Positions 11,870-24,468 of a stretch of DNA of 47,924 bases are shown one piece after another (the first letter of the stretch is position 1; each line of letters opens with the position of its first letter). The notes under the pieces are model-generated. The model made no database searches. It was given only the letters and a program-made list of their open reading frames with translations, and had not been told where the DNA came from. Origin of the DNA: Chiloscyllium plagiosum (lineage: Eukaryota). The position numbers were made by a program, and so were the translations under genes. Location of the stretch: assembly GCF_004010195.1 (NCBI RefSeq), contig NC_057718.1, positions 79,377,808 through 79,425,731 on the forward strand. The letters are read 5' to 3'.

Positions 11870-13771
11870 ATGTAAAGATGGCAGGTAGTAGAGTGATGTG
11901 TACTGCCTGTCAATGTGGGAAATTAGGGAGAATTTCAATGTTCCTAACGATTACGTCTGCAGGAAATGTGTTTGGTTGTGAATCCTATTGTATTGCATGG
12001 ATGAGTTGCAGCGGCAGTTGCAAGTAATCAGAAATTTACAGGAGCTGGGGGATGATGGATTGCAATTTCAGAAAGGGAGAAAAACTATAGGTACAGTCAA
12101 CTAGGTGGGTAAACTCCAGGAAAGGTAGGAGGGGTAGGCAGGAAGTGCAGGAATCTCTTGTGGCTCTCAAACAAATATGCTGTTTTGGAAAACTTAGAGG
12201 GTAATGGACTCACAGGGGAATGTAGCACTGACAGCCAGGTTTCTGGGTACTGAGACTGGTTCTGCTGTAACAAGGGGGTTCATCAGTTTTCAAGCAATTG
12301 GTTGTGATAGGAGACTGTCTAGTCAGAGGCATAGATAGATGTTTCTGTGACTGACAATGAGACACCAGAATGATATGATGCCTCGCTGGTGCGAAGGTCA
12401 AGAATATCTTGGAGAGATTACAGAATATTCTCAAAGGGAAGAGGGACTAGCAGGAGATCATTGTACACGTTGGAATGAGAAAAGAACAAGGTTCTGAGGA
12501 GAGGGTATTGGAAATTAGGCAGGAATTTAAAAAGTAGGTCCTTGAGAGTAGTAATATCTCGATTACTCCCAATGCCATGAGCTAATGAGAGTAGGAATAG
12601 GAACATAGAACAGATGAATGCTTAGCTGAGGAACTGGTGTAAGGTAAAGAATTTGCATTTTTGGACCATTGGAATCTCTTCTGGGGTAGAAGTGACCTGG
12701 ATAAGAAGGACAGATTGCGCCTGACTTGTAAGGGTGGTGGAACTCAGAAAGATAGTGAGAAAAGAGATCAGCCTGAGACTGGTGCAGTTGTGAAAAGGAA
12801 TGAGCCAAACAGTGCAGGCAGGAACAAAACAGACAATGACGTAGGACTGATAAATTAAACTGCATTTATTTCAATGCAAGAGACCTAACAGGTAAAGCAG
12901 ATGAACTCAGGACATGGTTGGGAACACAGGACTGGGATATCATAGCAATTACACAAATGTGCTTCAGGGATGGACAGGACTGGCAGCGTAATGTTGCAGG
13001 ATACATAGAGGTAAAAGAGAGGAAGTGGAATGGCATTTTTGATTTGGGCTAACAGTATGGCAGTACTTAGGGAGAATATTCCTGAGAATACGTCCAGGGA
13101 AGTTATTTTGATGGAATTAAGATATAAGAAAGGGATGATCACCTTACTGAGGTTGTATTATAGATCCAGAGAAAGTGAGGACTGCAGATGCTGGAGATCA
13201 GAGTCGAAAAGTGTGGTGCTGGAAAAACACAACAGGTCAGGCAACATCTGAGGAGTAGGAGAGTCAGCGTTTTGGGCATAAGCCACATTTTCGACTCTGA
13301 CCGATAGACCCCTCAATAGTCAGTAAGAAATTGAGAATTGTAAGGAGCTCTCAGTTACAGTAAGAATAATAAGGTGGTAATGGTAGGGGATTTTAACTTT
13401 CCAAACATAGACTGCCATAGTGTTAAAAGCTTGGATGGAGAGGAATTTGTTAAGTGTGTACAAGAACATTTTCTGATTCAGTATGTGGATGTACCTATTA
13501 GAGAAGGTGCAAAACTATACCTATTCTTGAGAAATAAGGCAGGGCAGATGACTGAGGTGTCAGTGGGGAGCACTTTGGGGCCAGTTACCATAATTCTATT
13601 AGTTTAAAAGTAGTGTTGGAAAAGGATAGTCCAGGTCTAAAAGTTAAAGTTCAAACTGGAGGAAAGCCAATTTTGGCAGTATTAAGTAAGAACTTTCAAA
13701 GGTTGACTGGGGGTGGATATTCTCAAGTAAAGAGACAGCTGGGAAGTGGAAACCTTCAAAAATGAGATAAC
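11870..13771 (+). mobile_element. CR1 LINE 5' part (ORF1 zinc finger/esterase, ORF2 endonuclease)
   Basis: Cys-rich start at ATG 11878, VIGDCLVRGIDR (SGNH-like GDS block), then CIYFNAR and VMVGDFNFPNID; the element continues at 20571. Confidence 0.88.
13169..13302 (-). mobile_element. PLE pLTR-derived mini-insertion in CR1
   Basis: Homologous to 6562-6684 and 46542-46670; internal inverted repeat 13198-13216/13283-13300; flanks atagatcc/atagaccc. Confidence 0.8.
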
Positions 13772-15966
13772 GGGGGGTCGAAGATGGCGGCGATCTATGA
13801 GGATCGCGTTGCAGAGCTCCGCACCATAGCACAAGTGGAACAAACTTCTAACCCGTCCAATCCAGACTATTGCGATACCCTGGGACTCTGGAAAAGTCTT
13901 GGAGTCCCAGGAAATTGTGGAAAATCAACTTACCTGTGTTTTGGTCATCCAGAGATGCCGAAGAAGGGAGGGGGAGCGTCTGAGGCTGGGCCCGTGGCCC
14001 AGCGTGCAGGATCTTTGGACTCAATTACCTGCCAGGCCCTGACGAAGGAGCTCGCGAGATCTCATGAGATATTGGGTAAGCAGATAGAGGAGAAGCTGGC
14101 CCCGATCTCTAACATGCTGCAAAAGCATGAACAGCAGCTGGGAGACTTGGAAACAAAGGACAGATGAGGTTGAACACAGACTCACAGTGGTGAAAGATGA
14201 TATCAGTTCTTCCAAGGATAGGATCCGTAATTTGCTTGACAAAGTGGATGATTTCAACAGGGCCAGTACAAAAAGTATTTGGATCATCGGTCTGCCAGAG
14301 GGTAAAGAAGGTCAGCAACTGGTGGAATTTATTGAGGACTGCTTGGTGAAATTCCTTAACTTAGAGGCTGGAATGAGAGGCTTGAAGATTGAGAGGGCTC
14401 ACCGGGTCACGGGGCAGAGGTTAGGTCTAGGTCAAGGTCCTCATCCTCTCTTGGTGCGGTTTCATCATTATAAAGGTAAGGAGAGAATCGTGGAAGCTTC
14501 CAAAATTCAGGGGAAGGATCCGAAAGCCTTAGTTTATGAGGGCTCTAACGTCATGTTCTTCCGTACATCTCTTTGACACGTCAGATGAGGCAAGAGACTT
14601 TGTGGACAAATTAACTTAACCTGAACAATTTAGTATGTACAAATAGTAGGGTTGGCTTTGGGTATGGCTTTGTTTTTTCTTTAAATAAAAACAGAGGAAG
14701 TCTGGTTGGGGCTTTTCCTTTTTTTATTGGTAATAATCTGATTTAAACTATGTTTGATGGCAGTTGAGATGTGTACTTTCAACTTCTAAGTTATACCAAA
14801 GGATGGGTGGGGTATTTACCCCCTTTTTTAAAAAACATTTCTTTATTCACATTGCTATTCTAATGTGTATTTTTTTTCTTTTCTGTTTGCTCTAGCTAGG
14901 AGGAGGGAAAATGATTGGGATGGCTAGATGCCTACTTATGGGCAGTTTATACCCGGTTCAGGTATTTTAATGTCTGGACTGCAGTTTTGGCAGCAGAATG
15001 GGAAATTGGGTTTTGGGATGGCTAGTTGTCCCCTTTGGGCAGGGGGTGAGTTCCCGCATTCAGCACTGTTGGCGCTTTATATGTTGCTTTACTTTTTGGT
15101 TTTTGTTGTATATAATCTTTGATAGGTTTGTAGGTTTGTTAACTGTAGTGGTTTTAGTTTATGTAGTTTTTATGTTAGATGGATCTTGTGACACTAAAGC
15201 TCAGCGATTTGTGGTTCAAGTTCCACCTCCCTGGAATTTGAATGTTACTGCAGAAGGTTAGGGCTAATGACTTGATTAAATGGTATACCTGGAATATCAA
15301 GGGAAGTCATTCACCAATTAAGAGGAAGAAGGTACTTTTGAGTCTTAGTAAGGAGAAGGTGGATATTGCTTTGTTATAGGAGACACACTTCGATGATAGG
15401 GAACATTTGGAACAACAGCAGAAAGGCTTTGATCCGATTTACTTTTCATCTTTTAATACCAGAAGTAGGGGAGTGGCTAAATTGGTTAGGAGGAATCTCC
15501 CATTTAAGTTACTAGAGTGTGTTAAAGATACACATGGGAGCTTTTTAATTCTCAAAGCCCTGATAAATGGAGAAGAATATGGTGCTTTAAATGTTTATTG
15601 CCCTCCGGCCCATTCCTTCAAATTTCTGGTAGATGCGACCTCTAAACTGATCAGTCTCGAGTCCCGGCATATAATTATAGGGGGCGATTTTAACTGTCTC
15701 ATGGATCCCACAGTAGACAGGTTGCCCAAAGGCCTCCAATACTCTCTGTACAAGCTAAACAATTATTGGATCTGTGCATGAAGTTAGGGTTGGTGGATGT
15801 CTGGAGGCGTCTCCACCCTACAAGCAGGGATTTTACGTTTTTTCCCAATCCACACAGGTGTTACACCAAGATTGATTTTTTTGTCTGACCCAGTGGCAAC
15901 CCCGATCATGCTCCAGTGTACCTGTTGGTTAAGTTTAAGGATGTTACAGTGTGTGTGTGTGTGGTT
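13772..15966 (+). mobile_element. L1-clade LINE copy A (5' UTR, ORF1, spacer, ORF2 endonuclease; 3'-truncated)
   Basis: G-run plus aagatggcgg start; ORF1 from ATG 13955 with IIGLPEGKEG...KIERAHRV...LLVRFHHY; ORF2 WNIKG, SRGVA, NVYCP, IIGGDFNC. Confidence 0.9.
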
Positions 15967-18900
15967 GGGGGGGGGGGGGTTGTCCAAGATGGGGCCATCT
16001 AAGAATATCACACTGTAGAGCTACGCATCGCAACACAAGCAGGATAAACCTTTAATCCGCCCAACCCAGACCATTGTGACATCTTGGGACTCTGGAAAGA
16101 TTGTGGAGTCCCAAGAGACTTCTAAAAATTAACTTACCTTAATTTCCAGCCGTCCAGAAATGCCGAAAAAGGGAGGAGGAGCATCTAAGGCTGGGTCTGC
16201 AGTTCAACCTGAAGGATCCTTGGAGTAGATTACTTTCCAGGCTCTGGTGAACGAGCTCACGAAATTTCCCGTGATGCTGCAGAAACAGATTGAAGAGAAG
16301 TTGGCTTCAATCTCTGTCATGCTGCAGAAGCATGAGCAACAGCTGGGAGACCTGGACAAGAGGACGGATGAGGTGGAGCATAGTGTCACAGCGGTGGAAG
16401 CTGATGCCAGTTCATCCAAGAATAGGATCTAGGCTCTGAAGATGCAGGTCCGTAATTTGCATAACCAAGTGGATGAGCTTGAGAACAGGGGCAGGAGAAA
16501 AAACATTCAGATCATCGGTCTGCCTGAGGGTAAGTAGGGAGAGTGGCCTGCGGAATTAGTTGAGGACTGGCTGCCGAAATTCCTTGACGTGGAGGCTGGC
16601 ATGAAAGGATTGAAGATAGAAAGGGCTTACCGGATCACAGTGCAGAGATCAGGTCTGGATCAACGTCCTTGTCCTCTCCTGGTGTGGTTCCATCATTACC
16701 GGGATAAGGAGAGAATTATGGAGGCTTCCAGAGTCCAGGAGGAACGATCTGAAGACCCTAATTTACAAAGGTTTTAAGATCATGTTCTTTCAGGACTTCT
16801 TAGCGGTGATCCAGTAACAGAAAATCTTACAACGGTGTCAAGAGAAGACTGAGGGAGCTTGGGATTCAGTATTCCTGAGGTATCCGGCGGTGCTATGGCC
16901 CACGTTACATGGATTCATACATCTCTTTGACACGTCGGAGAAGGCAAGCGACTTTGTGGAAAAATTAACCTAATTTGAACAATTTTAGTATGTATAAATA
17001 GTGTTGTTTGGGTATGTCTTTATCATTTTGTAAAAGAAACGGAGGAGCTTTATTATTTTTTTCCTCTATCGATAATAATTGAGTTGAAACTATGTTTTTC
17101 AATTTCTAAGTTAGGATATACCAAAGGATGGGTGGGGTATTTATTCCCCCTTTATTTAAAAAAAATGTTTTTTTATTCATATTGGTATTCTATGGGGTGT
17201 TTGCTCTTTTCTGCTTGTATTTGCAATGCGGCTCTAGCTGGGAGAAGTGAAGGTGGCTGGGATGGGTAGTTGCCCCTTTTGGGCAGGGGGTGAGTTCCCC
17301 TACTCAGTGCTATTGGTACTTTATATGTTAGTTTGCTTTTTGGTTTTTGTTGTTTTTAATTTTCAATAGTTTTGTAGGTTTGTTAAATGTGGTGATTTTA
17401 GTTGATGTAGTTTTTATATTTGGTGGATCATGTGACACTAAGGCTCAGTGATTTGTGGTTCGGGTTCCTCCTCTCTAGAATTTAAATGTAATTGCAGAAG
17501 ATTATGGCTAATGACTTGATTAAATGGTGTACCTGGAATATCAAGGGAAGTCATTCACCAATTAAGAGGAAGAAGGTACTCTTGAGTCTTAGAAAGGAAA
17601 GTGTGGATACTGCTCTGTTACAGGAGACACACTTAGATGACAAGGGGCATCTGAAATTACAGCAGAATGGCTTTGACTGAGTTTATTTTTCATCATTTAA
17701 TACCAGAGTAGGGAAGTGGCTATATTGGTTAGGAAGAACCTCCCATTTAAGTTGTTAGAGTGTGTTAAAGACACACCTGAGAGGTTTATAATTCTTAAAG
17801 CCTTGATAAATGGGGAAGAATATGGTGTTTAAATGCTTATTGACCTCCAGCTCATCCCCTTAAATCTTTGGTAGATGCTTTTTCTAAACTGATAAGTCTC
17901 GAGTCCTGGCACATCATTATAGGAGGAGATTTTAACTGTCTCATGAATTCCACAGTAGACAGGTTGCCCAAAGGTCCCTTGATACCCTTTTGTACAAACT
18001 AAACAGTTAGTGGGTCAATGTGGGTCAATGTGGGACGTTAGGGTTGGTGGATATCTGAAGGCGTCGCCACCTTACAGGTAGAGATGTTACATTTTTCTTC
18101 AATCCGCACAGATATCACACTAGGATTGATTTTTTTCTGACCTCACCAGTAACCTTGGATTTGGTAGCATCGTGTACGATTGGTAATATTATCATCTCTG
18201 ATCATGCTCCAGTGTACCTTATAGTTAAAGATTAAGGACGTTACAGTGGGTTGGAGATACTGGAAAATGGATAATAAGTTTATGGAGTATTCTCAAGAGA
18301 ATTTTGGGCATTCCTAGACAGCAACTTAGGCTTGGTTGGTAGCTCATCCGTCCTCTAGGAAATTGCCAAAGCCTATGCTGGCTTTAGTTATTTCATATTC
18401 TGCCAGTAGGAAGCGGCAGAAGGGTGAGCAGCAACATCTCCTTGAAGCACAGTTGAAGGCAGACAAGAAGGCTTACTTTGACAGACCCTCGATGGTCAAA
18501 CTACAGAGGATTACAACGCTGCGGTCTGCATTGAATTCCATGCTCAGGGAATGAGCACGGTGACAAGCCAGGCAAATACTTAACGTATCTCGCCAGAAAG
18601 AGGAGTGCCCCACAAGCCATTACGGCAATTAGGGAAGGGACTGGGAACCTAACATGTGATTCTAAAAAGATTAATGTGACTTTCCAGAGATTTTACTCTA
18701 AGTTATACAAATCTGAGGATTGTGAGGAAGGGCAGGCCAAAATGAAATCTTTTTTTAAGGATCTGAAGCTCCCGGGTGTGACTCCCGAACAAGAGCCCTT
18801 TCTCAATGCCATGTTTTGTATATTTGGGCATATTCATTACTCCATTTCTGGATCAGTTGTTCAAAGCTAATTTTGTTCAAATATTTGACAAAATCAAACA

Positions 18901-20570
18901 AGACCTTCAAAGATGGAGGCACTTCTGATCTCATGGTTCAGTCAGATAGCGCTTATTGAAATGAACATTCTCCCCTATACGGATACTCCCCCTGATTTTT
19001 GATAAGCAAATATTCAAGAGACCGAATGGCTGGTTCAGCTTTTATTTGGCATCGTAAGTGGCCCTTATTAAATTAGCCAAACTGTAATTGCCTCACAGGT
19101 TGGGTGAGAGTGGATCTCCCGGACATTAAAACCTACCAATTAAGCTCGCTTTTATCCTACGTGAGTGATTGGGATTGAGGGGACCCTCTTTCAATATGGT
19201 TAGATATCGAAACTTCCCAGGTAAGGTGCCCCTTACTAGCTTGCTGTTTTTGGACAAAATGAGGACAGTTAGGGAATATTGCTATAACTCAATAGTTATC
19301 AATACTGTTAAAGCATGGAGGGCAATTCAGCAGAGGGAAGGCAATATTGACAGAATTTTTTCTCTTACACCGAAAGTGGGTATGCCGGGTTTTCAACCGA
19401 GGATGATAGATTCAGGATTCAAACATTGGGCAGCTCGGGGTATGTCTTACATGGGTGATTTATTTAAGGGAAATACAAGCTATCTAACAGGGACCTCTTT
19501 CATTTTTTTCAAGTTAGGGATTTTATTCGAAAAAAGACTACACTGTTGACTGATCCCTACAAGTCCAACATAGAGAAGAGGGTGCTCAGTGGTAAGAGTA
19601 ACTTTCTGTCAGTACTTTATATCATCAATTGGGGGATGCCCCTCAGATGAGTTTGATCGACTCTGCAGGGTGTGGGAGAGAGAGCTAGATATTGAGGTCT
19701 CCTCAGAGGCATGGGAAGATATTTGGGAAAATGCAAGAAAGATATCAATTTGCAATAGGACCCATGCTTTATAGTTGAAGATTCTCCACAGGGTCCATTT
19801 GGTTTTGGACCATTTGTCAAAATTTAAACCAGGGGTATCTTCAACATGTCCCAAGTGCAGGGTTGGTACGGGCACTCTTACCCATTGTCTCTGGAACTGT
19901 GGAAGGCTTCAACATACTGGAGTGCTGTGGTGGGTGCAATGGAGGGGATTTTGGGTGTAAGGGTGGAAAAGGACCCAATCTCTCTTCTTCTTAGCTTGCC
20001 CAGTGTGTTCCCTGTAGGTGCACATAAGAAAAAAACTTTTCAACATCCTCACTTTCTGTGCAAGAAAGAATATTTTGCTAGGTTGGATATCCAAAAGCCC
20101 CCTCGGCCTGTCAGATTGGCGGAAGATTGTTATGGAGCATATCCCCTTGGATTTTCTCACAAGTATGGTACACCACAAAACTGAGAATTTTTACAAGACA
20201 TGGCAGCCCTTTTTGGAATACCCGGATACAGATTTATCTGCCACACTAATAAGGGCTTTCATATAACCGTAACAATTATGCTTTACGAGTCCAATATCCA
20301 GGGAGGAGGAACTGCGAACATATGAGCGTTTTGTTTGGCTGAGTTATTACTATTTATTAGTTTGTTGTTGGTTATTATTTATTTAGTTAAATAGTTAGTT
20401 GGAGTTTTTTAACATATATTCTATATATATTTATATATTTGTACATGAGGGTGGGTAGGATTTATTTTACTCTTTTTTTGTGTTCTTTGTATTGCTTTGA
20501 ATTGTATTATTTTCTATTTGTTGTAATATTAAAAAAATCTACTTTTCAATAAAAATATATTTAAAAAAAA
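15967..20570 (+). mobile_element. L1-clade LINE copy B (5' UTR to poly(A); RT core deleted)
   Basis: ORF1 ATG 16160 (DELENRGRRKNIQIIGLPEG); ORF2 ATG 17504 (TWNIKG, LLQETH, SDHAP); C-terminal CPKC...HCLWNC; stop 20266; AATAAA 20548-20553; A8 tail 20563-20570. Confidence 0.92.
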
Positions 20571-22590
20571 GAAAATGGGAATCCAGAGACAGTATGTTTC
20601 TGTTAGAGTGGTAGAAAATGTTGGGTGACAAGAGAAATTGAGGTTTTGGCCAAGATAAAGAAGGAATCATATGTCAAGTATAGACAGCAGAGATTGAGTG
20701 AATCCCTCAAAGAGTATAAAGGCAGCAGAATCATACTTAAGAGGGAAATCAGGAGGGCAAGAAGGAGGCATGAGATAGCTTTTACAAATAGAGTTAGAGA
20801 GAATCCAAGGGGATTCTACAAATACATCAAGGACAAAAGGGTAACTAGGGAGAGAACAGGGCCCCTTAAAGATCAGCAAGGCTGCCTATGCATGGAACCA
20901 CAGGAGATGGGGGAGATACTAAATGAGTATTTTGCATTAGTGTTTACCATGGAGAAGGTTATGGAAGCTAGAGAATTTGGGGAAATAAATAGTGACATCT
21001 TTAAAAATGTCCATATTACAGAGTAGGAGTGCTGGATGTCTTAAAACGCATACAGGTAGATACATCCCTAGGATATGATCAGACGTACCCTTGAACCTTG
21101 TGGGAAGCCAGGGAACTGATTGCTAGGCCGCTTACTAAGATATTTGTAACATTGATAGCCAGAAGACTGGATGTTGGCTAATATGGTGCCACTACTAAAG
21201 AAAGATGGCAAGGAAATGCCAGGGGTCTATAGACTAGTGAGCCTGAAATCAGTGGTGGGCAAGTTTTTGAAGAGGATCCTAAGGGACAGGATTTGGATGT
21301 ATTTGGAAAGGCAAGGACTGATTATGGATAGTCAACATGACTTTGCACGTGGGAAATCGTGTCTCATGAATTTGATTGAGTTTTTTGAACAAGTAACAAA
21401 AAGGATTGTTGAGGCCAGAGTAGTGAGCATGATCTCTATGGATTTCAGTAAGGTGTTCAACAAGGTTCCTCATGGTAGACTGGTTAGCAAAGTTAGATGA
21501 CATGAGAACTAGCCATTTGGATACAGAACTGACTTGAAGTAGGAGACAGAGGGTGGTGGTGGAGGGTTGTTTTCCAGACTGGAGGCCTTTGACCAGCGGT
21601 GTGCCATGAGGATCGGTGCTGGATCCACCTCTTTTTGTCATTTGTATAAATGATTTGGATGTGAACATGGGAGGTAAAGTTAGTCAGTTTGTAGATGACA
21701 CCAAAATTGGTGGTGTAGTGGACAGTGAAGGTTACCTCAAGAGTTCAACGGGATCTTGATCAGTTGGGCCAAGGAGTTGTGGTTGAAGTCTAGTTTAGTT
21801 AAATGTGAGGTGCTGCATTTTTGAAAGGCAAATCAGGGCATAACATATACACTTAAGTGTATGGTCCTGGTGAGTGTTGCTGAACAAAGAGACCTTGGAG
21901 TGCAAGTTCATAGTTCCTTGAAAGTGGAGTTGCAGACAGGTAGGATAGTGAAGAAGGCCTTTGTTATGCTTGCCTTTTTTGGGCAGTGCATTGAGTATAG
22001 GAGTTAGGAGGTCATGTTGAGGCTACATAGGACATTGTTCAGGCCACTTTTGAAATAGTGTATGTAATTCTGGAATCCCAGCTATAGGAAGGCTATTATG
22101 AAACTTGGAAGGGTTCAGAAAAGGATTATAAAGATGTTGCCAGGGTTCGATGATTTGAGTTCTTGGGAGAGGCTGAATAGGCAAGAGTTATTTTTCCTGT
22201 AGAGTCAGAGGCTGAGGGATGATATTATAGAAGTTTGTAAAGTCATGAAGGGCATAGATGGACTGAATAGTTTAAGGTCTTTCCCCCAGAGTAGCGGAGT
22301 CTAAACGAGAGGGTATAGATTTAAAGTGAGAAGAGAAAGACTTAAAAAGGGGCAACTTTTTCACACAGAGGGTGGTGTGTGTATGGAATGTATTGCCAGA
22401 GGAAGCGGTGGAGGGTGGTACAATTATAATTAAAAAGCATCTGGATGGGTACATGAATAAGAAGGGTTTAGAGAGATGTGGGCCAAATACTGACAAATGG
22501 GACTAGATTTAACTTAGGATATCTGGTTGGCATAGGTGATTTGGTCCGTGGGGTCTGTTTTCCTTGCTGTATAGCTCTATGACTCTATAA
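20571..22590 (+). mobile_element. CR1 LINE 3' part (RT and 3' UTR), continuation of 11870-13771
   Basis: ENPRGFYKYI, EILNEYFALVFT, YRLVSL, SCLMNLIEFF, MDFSKVFNKVPH, FVDDTK, ctctatgactctata tail. Confidence 0.93.
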
Positions 22591-23130
22591 ACTGTCTGAT
22601 TCCAAACAGACTCATCTACAGATCTGTGCAGATGCTTACTTCTGCAAATCTGTCTTGGCACCTGGTCTTCACTTTATTTCTGGTTTCATTACCCCTAGTC
22701 TAGTCTGTGCACCTTTGATTTTTCAGCCAGTTTTACTTTTGCCCATTTGCTAACTAATGCATATGCATTTCAACCTTAGCTACCTTCTTTTAATTCATGA
22801 CCTTAAAAACCCATGTAATGTAATTTCTTTCTATGACCTTTCATGCAGGATTAGGCTGCCATCTTGAATCCAAAATCTTTGATTTCATTGTCATTTCCCT
22901 TCTCCTTATCCTCCTCATCATCATACCTATATTTCCTTTTCTGTCCTCAGCAATCTTCCTTCAAAAACTCTAATTCTTCAGTACTCATTATCTTGCTGCT
23001 CTGTTATCATATTCCTAGGCTACTTCCTTCTTAAATAATTCTCCAATCTCCCCAGACATTCTAAGAACACGGAAACACTTGTTGCTACCTCCTAATGCAC
23101 ACCTTTTCCAACCTATTACTGGTGATTAAT

Positions 23131-23347
23131 GGCTAGTGATTAATGGCTAGCACAGCTGGCTGGATGGTAGAGTGATACCAACAGTGAGGGTTCAATTCCT
23201 GCACTGGCTGAGGTTATCCATGAAGGACTCTCCTTCTCAATGCTTTCCTTCACCTGAGGCATAGTGACCCTCAGTTTAAACTATCACCAGTCATTTCTCT
23301 CTAATGAGAGAGCAGCCCTATGGTCTAGTAGGACTATGATGACTTTA
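23131..23347 (+). mobile_element. tRNA-derived SINE (possibly MetaSINE-like core)
   Basis: tggctagcacagctgg head, B box ggttcaattcc, core cctgaggcatagtgaccctcagtttaaactatcaccagtca; family name recalled, not verified. Confidence 0.6.
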
Positions 23348-23650
23348 TGCACCATTACTAATATGGTAGAGAGAGTGAATATTTAATGTGTGCCTATTGG
23401 AGAAGGCTGTTTTGTCCAGGAAGGTATTGAATTTCTTGAATGTTATTGAACCTGCACTCATCCCAGCAGATGGAGAGCATTTCTTCACACTCTGACTTGT
23501 GCCTGGAAAATGCTCAACAGGTTTCAGGGAGTTGAGAGGTGAGTTGTTTGCCACAGCATTCCAAGCCTCTGGTCTGCTCTTGTCGCCGCAGCTTTTATAT
23601 ATCTGGTCCAGTTCAGTTTCCAGTCAAGGATAACCACCAGCATATTGACA
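23348..23650 (-). mobile_element. CR1-like LINE 3' fragment
   Basis: Homologous to 29013-29300 and 40500-40800 (gtcctgga...ttcttga...gcactcatcccag). Confidence 0.7.
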
Positions 23651-23904
23651 ACTTGATTTTATGCAAGGTTTTGAAAATAAGAAACAGATATAAACTGTTT
23701 CATTTGACACTATGGTCAATAATTCAAGAACACAGATGTAAGGTAACTGACAAAAGTGTGGGATGAGGAGAATCTAATTTGTTCAATTGTTGTTATGATA
23801 TAGAAGAGCAATTTGGAACTGTTACATTTTTTTAAACTGATAAACTGTAAGTGGACTTTGAAACCTGTGGACCCAAAAGTAAAGTGAAGGAAATGAATGT
23901 ACAT

Positions 23905-24010
23905 AGCGGTGCAGTGGTAATATTCCTACTCCTGGACCGGGAGGCCCAGGTTAAAGTTTCACCTGCTCTAAAGGTGTGTAATAATAACTGAACAGATTGA
24001 TTAGAAAAAT
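23905..24010 (+). mobile_element. Short tRNA-derived SINE
   Basis: gcggtgcagtggtaa...gaggcccaggttaaag...gattgattagaaaaat; similar to 1634-1745. Confidence 0.55.
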
Positions 24011-24155
24011 AGATGAAATTTTTAAAAAATCAGTCTAATTGAGCTTTTAGCTACATTAACATTTCTCTCTGGAGAAATCTGTGTGCAGGCAATTTTACGC
24101 ACTGTGAATGAAACCCAGAATCTTCCAGGTTTTAATAAATCCAGAATCTTGCAGG

Positions 24156-24238
24156 TTTTAAATCCAGTGTTGTCTTTTATTGAATTCAGTTGAATTAATT
24201 GAATTTGAATTCAATAAAAGACAACTCTGGATTTAAAA
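24156..24238. repeat. 33-bp inverted repeat (32/33 paired), 17-nt spacer
   Basis: ttttaaatccagtgttgtcttttattgaattca (24156-24188) versus tgaattcaataaaagacaactctggatttaaaa (24206-24238). Confidence 0.95.
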
Positions 24239-24468
24239 GTCTAATATGATCTGAAAACTGTTGCTAATTGTCAGGAAAAACCCATCTGGTTTACTAATGT
24301 CCCTTTAGGAAGGAAACTGTCGTCCTTACCCCTAGTCTGGCCTACATGCGACTCCACACCCACAGCAATATGGTTGAAACTTAATTGCTGTCTAGGCATT
24401 TAGGAAAAGACAATAAATGCTGGCAGAGCCAGTGATGCCCACATTCCATGAATGAATTTAAAAAAAGA
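24200..24468 (+). mobile_element. 5'-truncated SINE with A-rich tail
   Basis: aaaaacccatctggtttactaatgtccc...ggcctacatgcgactcca...caataaatgctggc...atgaatgaatttaaaaaaa. Confidence 0.7.

Noticed and set aside
13927..13936. U1 snRNA 5' end (ACTTACCTG)
   Set aside because: Only 9 nt match and no U1 body follows; better read as an antisense splice donor.
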